A stretch of 64,000 bases of DNA from an uncultured bacterium (GCA_963727525.1 CAVSGO010000007.1:960001-1024000), one strand, 5' to 3'. Counted from the first letter of the stretch, positions 49,015 through 58,993 are shown. The notes: generated by a model not told the origin, from the letters alone. Translations and numbers: made by a program.

Positions 49015-49839
49015 ATGGGTATCCGCATCAACACCAACGTCGCGTCGATCAACGCGCAGCGGCACCTGTACAACGCCAGCGTCGACTTCAACAAGTCCAT
49101 GGAGAAGCTGTCCAGTGGCTTGCGCATCAACCGCGCCAGCGATGATGCCGCCGGTCTGGCCATCTCCGAGGGCTTGAAGAGCGATATCCGTGCGCTCGAC
49201 CAGGCCAGCCGCAACGCTGCCGACGGCGTGTCCCTCACGCAGACCGCTGAGGGTGCGCTGGACGAGGTCAGCAACATCCTGCTGCGCATGAAGGAGCTGA
49301 CGGAGCAGAGCCTGAACGGCACGCTGGGCGATTCGGAGCGGGGTTACCTCGATTCCGAGTACACCGCGCTGCAGGGCGAGATCGACCGCATCGCGCAGTC
49401 GACCGAGTTCAACGGCATCCACCTGCTCGACTCCACCGGCACCAACGTGAACATCCAGGTCGGTATCGGCACCCAGGGGTACGACTCGATCGCCGTGGAC
49501 CTGAGCACCAATCGTGACAGCGCGACCCTCGGTGTCAGCACCGGCATCGACACGGCCGGCAACGCCGCCACGGCGATGGGTGAGATCGACACGGCCATCG
49601 ACACCGTGAGCTCCGCGCGCGCCGACTTCGGCGCGATCCAGAACCGTCTGGAGAGCTCGATCCGCAACATCGCGAACACGTCGGAGAACCTGAGCGCTGC
49701 CAACAGCCGTATCCGCGACGTCGACGTGGCGTCCGAATCGGCCAAGATGATCAGCGCCCAGATCCTGCAGCAGGCTGGTGTGTCCATCCTGGCGCAGGCC
49801 AACACGACCCCGAGTCTGGCGATGTCTCTGCTTCGGTAG
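49015..49839 (+). CDS. fliC: Flagellin 3 (274 aa), near-identical to flagellin 2
   Basis: Flagellin motifs; RBS GGAGG. Confidence 0.97.
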   Translation: MGIRINTNVASINAQRHLYNASVDFNKSMEKLSSGLRINRASDDAAGLAISEGLKSDIRALDQASRNAADGVSLTQTAEGALDEVSNILLRMKELTEQSLNGTLGDSERGYLDSEYTALQGEIDRIAQSTEFNGIHLLDSTGTNVNIQVGIGTQGYDSIAVDLSTNRDSATLGVSTGIDTAGNAATAMGEIDTAIDTVSSARADFGAIQNRLESSIRNIANTSENLSAANSRIRDVDVASESAKMISAQILQQAGVSILAQANTTPSLAMSLLR

Positions 49840-49855
49840 ACAGGATGTCCATTTG

Positions 49856-49881
49856 GCGGGCCCTGCCCCGGCGGGGCCCGT
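49856..49881 (+). terminator. Hairpin after fliC3
   Basis: GCGGGCCCTGCC-cc-GGCGGGGCCCGT. Confidence 0.55.
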
Positions 49882-49902
49882 CGAACCAGGTGAGGGAACA
49901 CC

Positions 49903-50283
49903 ATGCAGTCGATCACCGCGATCCCGAGGGCTCGACCAACCTCCACCGCGCCGGTGGGCGTAGATCTCCCCAGCACGATGCACCCCCCGACGGGGGAAGA
50001 TTCGATCCCGGCCGGCCCGGCGGTCCCGGCGCCGACCGCGCAGACCGTCGACCCCGAGGCCGTCGCCATGGCAGCCGCGGACCTGGCCGACACCATGCAG
50101 GCCCTCATGTATGAACCCCATGACGTCGTCCTGCGCTACGATGCCGACCACCATATCCCGATCGTCGAGGTGCGGGACGCCTCCAGCGGCGAACTGATCC
50201 GTCAGTTTCCCCCTGAAGAAATCCTAAAGATGAGGGGACATATGGACGAACTGTTGGGCACGGTCATCGACCGCAAGTCCTGA
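49903..50283 (+). CDS. flaG: FlaG family protein
   Basis: VEVRDASSGELIRQFPPEEIL, GTVIDRK. Confidence 0.92.
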   Translation: MQSITAIPRARPTSTAPVGVDLPSTMHPPTGEDSIPAGPAVPAPTAQTVDPEAVAMAAADLADTMQALMYEPHDVVLRYDADHHIPIVEVRDASSGELIRQFPPEEILKMRGHMDELLGTVIDRKS

Positions 50284-50329
50284 CATGCTCGTTGCTGGCG
50301 GCAAGTCCGCCATGGCCTTGGAGGCATAT

Positions 50330-51655
50330 ATGAGCAGCACGCTGTCCTTCAGCGGACTGGCCACCGGACTCGACACGGCGACCATCGTCGACCAGCTCTG
50401 CGCCATCCGCGGCGCGCCGATCTCGCGCATGCAGAGCCAGCAGTCGGCATTCAAGAAGCAGATCACGGCGCTGAACACCCTCAAGACCAAGCTCCAGGCA
50501 CTCCAGGAAGCCGGCCGGAAGATCGATAGCGCCACGGAATTCTCGGCGATCACCGCGACGTCGTCCAACGAGAGCATCCTCGTCGCGACGGCCAATGGCG
50601 AGGCCTCCCCCGGCGGGCACGATGTGATCGTGCACTCCCTCGCCCAGGCGCAGCGTTCCGTGTCGCAAGGTCTCAACAGCCAGCTCACACTCGTCGGCTC
50701 CGGCACCATGACGTTCAATGTGGGCGGCACCGCCACCGATCTCACCATCGCGAACGGCACGTCGCTCCGGGACCTTGCCAACCAGATCAACGACGACGTC
50801 GATGGCGTGAACGCCAGCATCGTCTACGACGGCAACACGTCCGGCGGCTACCACCTGGTCCTCTCCGGCGATGCCGGTAGCGACGGTGCGTTCACCGTGG
50901 ACTCCTCGGGACTCAGCGGCGGTACCGCGCCCACGTTCACCACGACCCAGGACGCGCTGGACGCCACGCTCACTGTCGACGGCCTCGAGATCACGGCATC
51001 GGGCAACGTGCTCGACAACGTCATCAGCGGCCTTACCCTGGACCTGCGCAAGGCCGAAGAAGGCACCGCCGTCCATATCGAGACCGCCGTGGACGCGGCC
51101 GGCGTGCAGGACCAGGTGCAGGCGTTCGTCGACGCCTACAACGACGTTTTCTCGTTCGTCAAAACGGCCCTCGCGACCGGCGGCGCACTCGAAGGCAACT
51201 CCACGGCGCGCACGGTCGCGTCGCGCGTCGAGGCCGCCATGTCCTCGTCCCTCGGCAATCCCGACGCGTCCTTCACCATTCTCGCCCAGGCCGGCATCGA
51301 GCGCACACGCGAACGCACGCTCGAATTCGATACGACCAAGTTCGCGGACGCCTTGCAGGACAATTTCGCCGCCGTGCGCGATCTCTTCATCACGCGCGAC
51401 GGCAACAGCGGCAAGGCCGGCGTCATCGACGACATGATCGACCAGCTCACCGACAGGGTCGACGGGCTGTTCAAGATCGGCACCGATGCGTTGAACCGGA
51501 AGGTCGACAGCCTCGACGACACGATCGCCCGCTACGAACTCAGTCTCGACAACTACCGTACGACGCTCGAGCGCAAGTTCACGGCGATGGAGTCGCAGGT
51601 TTCGATGCTGCAAGCGCAGGGACAGTACCTCTCGTCCCTCTCGTTCAATTCCTAA
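50330..51655 (+). CDS. fliD: Filament cap FliD
   Basis: FSGLATGLDT, LAQAQ, FVDAYND, FTAME. Confidence 0.95.
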   Translation: MSSTLSFSGLATGLDTATIVDQLCAIRGAPISRMQSQQSAFKKQITALNTLKTKLQALQEAGRKIDSATEFSAITATSSNESILVATANGEASPGGHDVIVHSLAQAQRSVSQGLNSQLTLVGSGTMTFNVGGTATDLTIANGTSLRDLANQINDDVDGVNASIVYDGNTSGGYHLVLSGDAGSDGAFTVDSSGLSGGTAPTFTTTQDALDATLTVDGLEITASGNVLDNVISGLTLDLRKAEEGTAVHIETAVDAAGVQDQVQAFVDAYNDVFSFVKTALATGGALEGNSTARTVASRVEAAMSSSLGNPDASFTILAQAGIERTRERTLEFDTTKFADALQDNFAAVRDLFITRDGNSGKAGVIDDMIDQLTDRVDGLFKIGTDALNRKVDSLDDTIARYELSLDNYRTTLERKFTAMESQVSMLQAQGQYLSSLSFNS

Positions 51656-51681
51656 TCGCCGGCAAGGGAAGGCCAGGACAG

Positions 51682-52203
51682 ATGGACAGCAGCTTCGGGA
51701 TCCGTGCCTACCAGGAAGCGGACTACGGCTCCATGGGCAAGGAGAAGATGGTCGTCCTGCTCTACGAGAAGATGATCGAGCACTTCCTCGCCGCAGAGGT
51801 GGCGGCCCACAACCACGAGCGGATCGAGATGACCCGGCGTCTGAACCGGGCTCAGCCCATCGTGGTCGAACTGCGCAACGCGCTCGACATGGGGATCGGT
51901 GGCGATATCGCTCGCAACCTGGAAGCCCTCTACGACTTCGTCTTCCACGAGGGCCTGGCGATGCTCACCGACCAGTCGCCCGAGCATGCACGCAACTGCT
52001 TACGCGTCCTGCAGCCTCTGCTCGACGCGTGGCGCCGGATCCCGCCGGGCACGGCGGAGCGTACGGCCCGGGACCGATCTCAGGCGGCTGGCCCGGAACC
52101 TGCTCCTCATCCCGTCGAGACCTCCAGTCCGGTCCGGACCGCCCACGATGCCGCGGGCGCGAATCCGGTGGACACGAGCCGGCTGCTATCGGTCTCTGCC
52201 TGA
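51682..52203 (+). CDS. fliS: Flagellin chaperone FliS with C-terminal extension
   Basis: VVLLYE, ELRNALD..GGDIARNL.ALYDF, LLDAW. Confidence 0.93.
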   Translation: MDSSFGIRAYQEADYGSMGKEKMVVLLYEKMIEHFLAAEVAAHNHERIEMTRRLNRAQPIVVELRNALDMGIGGDIARNLEALYDFVFHEGLAMLTDQSPEHARNCLRVLQPLLDAWRRIPPGTAERTARDRSQAAGPEPAPHPVETSSPVRTAHDAAGANPVDTSRLLSVSA

Positions 52204-52205
52204 TC

Positions 52206-52529
52206 GTGCCGACCTGCGAGAGCATCATCACGTCCCTGCTGGCGGTCTCGTCCGACCTGCGCGAAGCGTTGCGTGCGACCGACACAGCCACCTGCGACGC
52301 CTTGCTGGTCCATCGTCAGGCCCTCCTCGAGACGCTTCCCGGCGTTCTGGCCGATCTGTCCGCCTGCGAGCGCGAAGCCTGCCTGGCCACCCTCGGTGAC
52401 GATGACGGCGCGCTGCAGAACGCGTTCCGGGTGGTGCGCAACGAGGTCGCCAGCCAGCTCGCACAGCGCCAGGCATCCCCGGCCGCGCCCGACAGCCGAC
52501 AGCCGCGCCGGTTAGACCGTCGCGCCTGA
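52206..52529 (+). CDS. FliT-like small helical protein
   Basis: Follows fliS; helical; ends RRLDRRA. Confidence 0.55.
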   Translation: MPTCESIITSLLAVSSDLREALRATDTATCDALLVHRQALLETLPGVLADLSACEREACLATLGDDDGALQNAFRVVRNEVASQLAQRQASPAAPDSRQPRRLDRRA

Positions 52530-52555
52530 GCCAACCCTCGAATCAGCACGGGTAA

Positions 52556-52819
52556 CTACTTGTCGACAGGGTCCTTGGAGTCGATGGGCCGCGTCGCCTT
52601 GACGCGTTTCTTGAGGGCTTCGACGTCGGCGGGGGCGGACTTGGACGCGTCGAGAGTGGAGTTCTTGATCTCCTCGTAGATCTCGTGGCGGTGCACGGGA
52701 ATCGAGCGTGGCGCGTCGATTCCGATCTGCACCTGATCGCCGCGTATGTCCACGATCATGATCGAGATCTCGTCCCCGATCATGATCTTCTCATTGCGTT
52801 TGCGGCTGAGGATGAGCAC
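52556..52819 (-). CDS. csrA: Carbon storage regulator CsrA
   Basis: MLILSRK.NEKI.IGD, IGIDAP, VHR.EIY. Confidence 0.96.
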   Translation of the reverse strand: MLILSRKRNEKIMIGDEISIMIVDIRGDQVQIGIDAPRSIPVHRHEIYEEIKNSTLDASKSAPADVEALKKRVKATRPIDSKDPVDK

Positions 52820-52863
52820 GGGACCTCCCTGTCCGGCCTGTGGCGGCGCCTACGCGCCGCCGG

Positions 52864-53400
52864 TCAGAGGCTAGCCGCCGCCGTCTCCGGCAGAGCCGGA
52901 TCGGTGCTCGCGGTCACCTCGGATGCGCCATTCTCCGCTGGGATGCCCTGGACGGCAAGCCCAAATTTGAACGAGTCGATGTCCTGGCGCATGGTGAGGC
53001 GATCGTCGTTGAGCGCGATCTGCACCCCACGCCGCGTCTCCGAATCCATCACCAGAGGCGCCCTGAGGTTCGCCGTGATCCGCTCGCCGCCGGCGTGGAT
53101 CGTCGCGATCACGAGGGTCACCAGGTGTTCCGGACGGTCGTTACGCAGTGACTCCCGGTCCACGGCCGGCAGGTCGACCTCGTAGTCGTCGGTGAAGAAG
53201 TGCGGCGCCATGACCGGCACCCCGAAGTCGTCGCGATCGAGCGACTGCAACCACTGCATCGGCAGTTCGTCACCCATGGCCAGGAGCAGCCAGCGTCGCA
53301 GGCCGGTCATGCCGATCAGCCCGTCGGGTATCAGGATGATGTCGCTGTCCAGGTACTCCAGGACCCCGAACTGCACAGTCTTGAAGGAAGGCATCGTCAT
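52864..53400 (-). CDS. fliW: FliW
   Basis: T.QFG, GLIG, WLQS, TANLRAPLV. Confidence 0.92.
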   Translation of the reverse strand: MTMPSFKTVQFGVLEYLDSDIILIPDGLIGMTGLRRWLLLAMGDELPMQWLQSLDRDDFGVPVMAPHFFTDDYEVDLPAVDRESLRNDRPEHLVTLVIATIHAGGERITANLRAPLVMDSETRRGVQIALNDDRLTMRQDIDSFKFGLAVQGIPAENGASEVTASTDPALPETAAASL

Positions 53401-53435
53401 CTCCTCGTCCGGCCGGACGGCGTGGCCGCCCGGTG

Positions 53436-54974
53436 CTACAGGTACATCATCAGGTTGGCCTGGTAGAGCCGGCTGGTGACCATCAGGCTACTCTGATAGC
53501 TCGTCTCGGCCTGCGCGAGATCGGCCGAGACCTGGGCCACGTCGGCGTCCCGCTCCAGGGATAGCTTCGAGCGCAACTGCTCGTCGCGCTGGCGCAGAAT
53601 CCCGTCGGCCCAGTTCAGATCGTTCTCGCGCCCGCCGACCTTGATCAGTTGACCCTGGATCATCTTCTCCAGTGCTGCCAACTCGGTCATCGCCCCCCGG
53701 ATCGAGTCCTTGTCGTCAGCCGCGAGACTGGCCCGCAGGTCCTCCAGGAACCCGAAGATGCGCACCGGCGTGCCGGTTCCCTCGAGCCCAAGCAGGGAGG
53801 CGGTGTTCGTGGCCCCGACGTTGCGCACCACGAAACTGGTCGACGAGCCGCTGATGATCGACAGGCTCGACGTCTCGAGACGCAACTCGTGGCCCGGCAC
53901 GGCGGCTTCGTAGGCCGTCTTCAGGTCGCCGAGGGTGGTCGCCGCGGAGAAATCGACGGTGTACGTCGTCCCGTCGATCTCCACCTCGATGCTCCCCAGA
54001 GGCAACTGGCCGGCGAGGGAGGGGATGTCGGTCAACGGCGTGGTCGTGGCGATCGCGGTGCGAATGTCACGACCCTCGAGGATGCCGGCCGCGCTCGTCG
54101 CATTCAAGCCGAGGCTCGTGGCCGTCTGTCCTCCGCTCACCTCGGTCACGGTCAGGGGGCCGGTCCCATTGAGCGTGATGCCGGTGCCGTCGCCGTTGAT
54201 GGTGGCCGTCACCGCCCCGCCCGTGGCGGTGCCGATGGTGGCGAGCACATCGTTCACGGTGCTGGCCGACGAGAGATCGACGGTCCAGACCGAGTTATTC
54301 CCGTCTCGGATCTCGATCGAACCTGCTTCCCAGCCACTGCCGAGATTGATGTCCGCGAGCAACTCGGTGCCGTTCAGGCTTGGCGCGATGTCGGCGCCGC
54401 CGGGCAGCACCGCACTCTGCGTGCCCATGAAGTCCGACCCGGGCAGGTTCACCGGGACCGTCGTGTTCGGGCCGGCTTGCGTGGTGATCACACCGTCGTC
54501 ACCCTGGTAGACGACCGTCGAGCCGTTGCGCACGAAAGGCGGCGTGCTGGTCTTGTGACCACTGAAGATGTAATTGCCCTCGACCGAGGTGTTCAGCACG
54601 TCCATGAGACGATTCGTGAGGTTCTCGACCTCGATCACGGCATTGGTATGGGACTCCGGTGTCCCCAGCGCGCTCGACTCGCGCAGGATGAGTTCACGCG
54701 CCTGGCTCATGAGGTCGAGCATGTCCTGCATCGCCGTATCCGTGGAATCGACGACCACCTGGCTGCGGGAGATGTTGCGGATGTACTGGCTGTTCGTCTC
54801 GATGAGCGACCTGTAGCGCTGCATGGAGCCGACGGCGCGAGGATCGTCGGCAAAATCGTTGATCCGACGCATCGACCCCGCCATGCGCTGGAGGTCCAGC
54901 ATATGACCCAGGCTGCGATTCAGATCGCCGACGAGGATCTGGCCGAGATAATTTTCGCTGATCCGGATCGTCAT
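53436..54974 (-). CDS. flgL: Hook-filament junction protein FlgL (long)
   Basis: ADDP, GNYIFSG.KT..PPF, YQGD; follows flgK. Confidence 0.92.
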   Translation of the reverse strand: MTIRISENYLGQILVGDLNRSLGHMLDLQRMAGSMRRINDFADDPRAVGSMQRYRSLIETNSQYIRNISRSQVVVDSTDTAMQDMLDLMSQARELILRESSALGTPESHTNAVIEVENLTNRLMDVLNTSVEGNYIFSGHKTSTPPFVRNGSTVVYQGDDGVITTQAGPNTTVPVNLPGSDFMGTQSAVLPGGADIAPSLNGTELLADINLGSGWEAGSIEIRDGNNSVWTVDLSSASTVNDVLATIGTATGGAVTATINGDGTGITLNGTGPLTVTEVSGGQTATSLGLNATSAAGILEGRDIRTAIATTTPLTDIPSLAGQLPLGSIEVEIDGTTYTVDFSAATTLGDLKTAYEAAVPGHELRLETSSLSIISGSSTSFVVRNVGATNTASLLGLEGTGTPVRIFGFLEDLRASLAADDKDSIRGAMTELAALEKMIQGQLIKVGGRENDLNWADGILRQRDEQLRSKLSLERDADVAQVSADLAQAETSYQSSLMVTSRLYQANLMMYL

Positions 54975-55000
54975 GGCTCACTCCTGCGGCAACCGCCGCC

Positions 55001-56371
55001 CTACACCATGTTGAGCAACGAGTCGTATAGCTGCTGCACCGTCGCGATCACCTTGGCTGCGGCACCGTACGTGTTCTGATACCGCAGCATGTTCGCGCCC
55101 TCCTCGTCGAGGCTCACGCCCGAGGTGCTGGCGATCTTGGCCTGCACCGTATTCACGGCGCTCTGTTGATTGTCGACGAGGAACTCATAGCTGCTGCGCT
55201 GCGACGCCAGGTCGATGAGCATGGCGCGGTAGCGGTCGCCCACGGACTCGGATCCCTCGCCGCCGATCCCGTGGTTGGCAAGGGCGGCAATCTCCAGCGC
55301 GAGGTCGTTGTCGCCAGCTTCCCCCGATCGCGAGGTGGCAATGAGGCGGCTATCGTTCTCGATGAACGGATTGATGGCGATCGTGTGCATGCTGTCGCCG
55401 CTGAAGAACGGCAATCCGCTGCTCGAGGCGGTGTGCCCCTGCACATGCAAGGCGTTGACGGAGTCGACGAGTTGCTTGGCGACGGCGTCGAGCTGCTCGC
55501 GGATGTCCGTGACGTGTGTATCGCGCGAATCCAGGAGGCCTTTGAGCCTCCCGTCGGGCAGGATGACGCTGCGCAGGTTCTCCTGCGTCACCACCGTCAT
55601 GCGGTAGCCCTGCGACGTCTGATCGTACTGCGTGGTGAACTGTTGCACCGTGTCACGCGTGACCATGGTGCGGCCGTTGAGGATCACGTCGAGGCTGCCG
55701 TCGTCGCGCTCGTGCGTCGTGACCTCGGCGATCTCGCTGATCTGCGTCAACAGATAGTCGCGCTGGTCGCGCAGATCGTTGGCCGTGGCACCGCCGATCT
55801 CGGCCGCCATGATCTGGCCGTTCAGATCACTGACCTGCCCCAGCATGTTATTGAGCGAGACGATCTCCTGCTGGACCGCCACCTCGATGTTGCGGTCGGT
55901 CTCGTCGAGCGACGAGCTGATGTTGTGGAAATCGTCCACCAGCGACTTGGCCATCGCCAGCACCGAGTCCTTGTGGCTGTCGTCGAACGGCGGTGTGGCG
56001 AGGTCGCTCCAGGCCTTGAAGAAGTTCGAGAGCGCGCCGCCCAGGTGGTCGTTGTCCACCGACCCGAGGATGTTCTCGACCTCGTACAGGGTGCTGTCCG
56101 TCGCGCTGTAGCTTGCGAGCCGGGCCGTCTGCGTGCGCAGGTTCATCTGCAGATATTCGTCGCGTGCTCGCCGGATGCCCTGCACGTTCACACCGGTGCC
56201 GATGGCGCCGTAGGGCATCAAGAGGGCAGCCCGCGCCGCGACCAGATTCTCCTGGCGGCTGTAGCCCGGGCGGTCGGAGTTCGCGATGTTGTGGCTCGTG
56301 GTCGCCAGCCCGATCTGGGCTGCGAACATGGCAGTCAGGCTGCTGTCCATGACCGATGCGAGGCTCGACAT
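55001..56371 (-). CDS. flgK: Hook-filament junction protein FlgK
   Basis: HNIANS..PGYSRQ, NDLRDQRD, SGVSLDEE. Confidence 0.96.
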   Translation of the reverse strand: MSSLASVMDSSLTAMFAAQIGLATTSHNIANSDRPGYSRQENLVAARAALLMPYGAIGTGVNVQGIRRARDEYLQMNLRTQTARLASYSATDSTLYEVENILGSVDNDHLGGALSNFFKAWSDLATPPFDDSHKDSVLAMAKSLVDDFHNISSSLDETDRNIEVAVQQEIVSLNNMLGQVSDLNGQIMAAEIGGATANDLRDQRDYLLTQISEIAEVTTHERDDGSLDVILNGRTMVTRDTVQQFTTQYDQTSQGYRMTVVTQENLRSVILPDGRLKGLLDSRDTHVTDIREQLDAVAKQLVDSVNALHVQGHTASSSGLPFFSGDSMHTIAINPFIENDSRLIATSRSGEAGDNDLALEIAALANHGIGGEGSESVGDRYRAMLIDLASQRSSYEFLVDNQQSAVNTVQAKIASTSGVSLDEEGANMLRYQNTYGAAAKVIATVQQLYDSLLNMV

Positions 56372-56380
56372 GCTGTTCTC

Positions 56381-56908
56381 CTACGCCTGACGCACAAGGA
56401 CGCCGCCCGGCCCCGACTGGGTCGGACGCGCTTCGCCATCGTAACAACCGGCCGGATCCTCGAGCACGCCGCGACGAAAGAGCGAAGCTTCCTCGGCGAC
56501 GAGGTCGAGGCAGAAGGCGGCGAGGCGGCGATTCAGCTCATTCTGGCGCGCCAGGGCCAGCGCCGCCCGGCGGACGCGCGTCAGCCGCGGGGCCAGTTCG
56601 CGGCGCGCCGTCGGCGGCAGAGCCGGCAGCGCTGCCGTCAGCGAGGTCGGCCGCGAGGCGACGGTCGCCAGCAGCGCGGCCGCACACCGCTCGCGCTGGA
56701 TGCGCACCGCGTCGGCCGGGGGCAACGATTGCTGCCACCGCTGGGCATTTTCCGCCAGCGCAGGGACGTCGTGATGCTCCATGCAATGCTCCTGTTCCAT
56801 CGCGAGTGCGAGCAGGATGGCGTACTGCTCGGCTTCATCTTCAAGCAATGCGCAAAGTTGGCGCGTTTCCGCGTCGTTCGTCATGGCGGCCTGCGTGGGA
56901 TGCATCAT
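56381..56908 (-). CDS. flgN: Chaperone FlgN
   Basis: Helical; QNELNRRL and Y-x-x-x motif near the end; immediately before flgK. Confidence 0.75.
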   Translation of the reverse strand: MMHPTQAAMTNDAETRQLCALLEDEAEQYAILLALAMEQEHCMEHHDVPALAENAQRWQQSLPPADAVRIQRERCAAALLATVASRPTSLTAALPALPPTARRELAPRLTRVRRAALALARQNELNRRLAAFCLDLVAEEASLFRRGVLEDPAGCYDGEARPTQSGPGGVLVRQA

Positions 56909-56952
56909 GCTCCGTCTCTCCTTGGCGAACGGGCACCGGGATTTCTCACGAG

Positions 56953-57867
56953 CTACTTCGCCAGTTCCATGCCAGGTGTCAGCCCCAGGCGAACCGCCAG
57001 ATCGCTCACCCTGGCCACGTAGCGTCGCGTTTCCCCGTAGTCCGGAACCTGGACTCCGGCCCGATCCACGGCGCCGGGGCCGGCGTTGTAGGCGGCGAGG
57101 GCGAGATCGAGGCGCCCGTCGTACCGGTCGAGCATCCGTGCGAGATAGCGTGCGCCGCCCAGCAGCCCCTGGGCGGGGTCGTGCGGATCGCCCACCCCCA
57201 CCTCGCGGGCCGTGGCGGGCATGAGCTGCATGAGGCCGCGGGCGCCACGGGATGACACAGCGCCCGGATTACCGCCCGATTCCTGTACCGTGACGGCGAG
57301 CAGCAATCCCGGGTCGACGCCCGTCTCCCGCGAGGCCCGCGCCAGTTCGGTCCCGAAGCTGGCCAGACTGTCGGCCGCCGCGCCACCCACGACACCAGCG
57401 CGCTCGTGCAGGACCCGCATGCGATCCGATCCTGCCGCGATCGTCGGCGACGGGCACGCGGCCTGTGCCTGGTACGCGGCCACGGAGCGGTGCGGCAACC
57501 CGCGGGCCGGCAATGCCGCCGCGCCGTCCTCGCCCGACGGCACGATTCGGTCGCGGAACTGCCGGACGATGAGGTCGCCGATACCGAATTCGCCGCGCGT
57601 CGCGAGACCGTCGGCGAGCGCCTGGTCGTGCATCTGCTGATAGATCCGCGAGCCGCCGCTCTGACCCCAGAGGTCATTCTCGGGCACGGTGCTGCGCATC
57701 GACTTGAGCATCTCGTTGAGGAAGAGCGCCTCGAACTGCTGGGCGGCTTTCTGCAAGCCGGCGAGATCATTGTGCTCAGCCGCGGCCTCCAGCGACCGCG
57801 TCGCACGCGAGGTAGCGGCGCGGGCGCTCGCGTTCTCGGTGGCCAGGCTGTCGTTCAGAGGTTCCAC
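56953..57867 (-). CDS. flgJ: FlgJ rod-binding domain fused to an SLT lytic transglycosylase
   Basis: AAQQFEALFL.EMLKSMR; QESGG, GARGLMQLMPAT, LAAYNAGPG, ETRRYV. Confidence 0.9.
   Translation of the reverse strand: MEPLNDSLATENASARAATSRATRSLEAAAEHNDLAGLQKAAQQFEALFLNEMLKSMRSTVPENDLWGQSGGSRIYQQMHDQALADGLATRGEFGIGDLIVRQFRDRIVPSGEDGAAALPARGLPHRSVAAYQAQAACPSPTIAAGSDRMRVLHERAGVVGGAAADSLASFGTELARASRETGVDPGLLLAVTVQESGGNPGAVSSRGARGLMQLMPATAREVGVGDPHDPAQGLLGGARYLARMLDRYDGRLDLALAAYNAGPGAVDRAGVQVPDYGETRRYVARVSDLAVRLGLTPGMELAK
56960..56974 (-). promoter_or_regulatory. Possible sigma54 promoter for flgNKL-fliW-csrA, inside the flgJ 3' end
   Basis: TGGCAT-GGAAC-TGGC (GG-N10-GC), about 50 nt upstream of flgN. 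Confidence 0.45.
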
Positions 57868-57875
57868 GGCACTCC

Positions 57876-58985
57876 CTACATGATCACCAGTTCGGCTTGT
57901 AAGGCCCCCGCCTGCTTCAGGGCCTGTAGGATGGCAATGATGTCGCGCGGGCTCGCGCCGACATCGTTGAGAACGGCCACCACGTCGGCCACGGTGCTCG
58001 TCTCCGGCACTCGCAGCACCTGCGCCTCCTTGTCGTGCACTTGCGTGTTCACGTCGGGCGTGACCACGGTGCGACCATTGGGGCTGAATGGCGCCGGCTG
58101 CGACACATCGTACGACGTGCGGATCTCCACCTTGAGCGTGCCATGCGCGACCGCCGCCTCCTTGAGCACGACGTGCGCGCCCACGACGATCGTCCCCGTG
58201 CGCTCGTTGATCACCACGCGGGCCGGCGCATCGCTCGTGGACACCAGCTCGCCCATGCGGGCAAGAAAGGTCACCGGCTCGGCGCGCAGCCTGGCCGGGA
58301 CTTTCGCCTCCACGCGGTTGGCGTCGATGGCCACGGCCGTGGTGTCGCCGAAGGCGGCGTTGATCGCGTCGGACATCGCCGCTGCCGTGCTGAAGTCGGG
58401 ATTGTGCAGCAACCAGACCACGGTGTTGTCCTTGATGATCTGACCCGGCCGGGGCACCTTCACCGTGCCGCCGCCGGGAATCATGCCCACGGTCGCATGA
58501 TTCTTCCGGTAGCTATTGTTCGCGCCGCTCTTGATGTTGAAGCCGCCGATGCTCACCGGCCCCTGCGCCACCACGGCCACGTTGCCGTCGGCCGCGAGGA
58601 GCGGTGTCATGACGAGCATGCCGCCCTCCAGGCTGCTCGCATCGCCGAGCGAGGATACCGTGACGTCGATGCGCGCCCCCACGCTCGCCGTGGGGTCGAC
58701 CGCCGCCGTCACCAGCACCGCCGCCACGTTCTTCATGCGCACCTGCGCGGGATCCACCGACACGCCCAGACGCTCGAGCATGACCTGCAGCGAGTTGATG
58801 GTGAAGGCCGAGCTCTGGCCATCGCCGGTACCGCCGAGCCCCACGACGAGGCCGTAGCCGAGCAGGGGCTCGGGCGCCATGCCGTCGATGGCGGCGAGGT
58901 CCTTGATCCGCGAGTCGCCCGCCAGAGCGGCCGCGGTCCACAGTGCCAGGAGCATGGTGCTCAGGATCGCGATGCGTGCGTGCAT
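57876..58985 (-). CDS. flgI: P-ring protein FlgI
   Basis: RIKDL, GYGLVVGL.GTGD, KNVAAV, VINERTGT, LKQAGALQAEL. Confidence 0.97.
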   Translation of the reverse strand: MHARIAILSTMLLALWTAAALAGDSRIKDLAAIDGMAPEPLLGYGLVVGLGGTGDGQSSAFTINSLQVMLERLGVSVDPAQVRMKNVAAVLVTAAVDPTASVGARIDVTVSSLGDASSLEGGMLVMTPLLAADGNVAVVAQGPVSIGGFNIKSGANNSYRKNHATVGMIPGGGTVKVPRPGQIIKDNTVVWLLHNPDFSTAAAMSDAINAAFGDTTAVAIDANRVEAKVPARLRAEPVTFLARMGELVSTSDAPARVVINERTGTIVVGAHVVLKEAAVAHGTLKVEIRTSYDVSQPAPFSPNGRTVVTPDVNTQVHDKEAQVLRVPETSTVADVVAVLNDVGASPRDIIAILQALKQAGALQAELVIM

Positions 58986-58993
58986 GGTCACTC

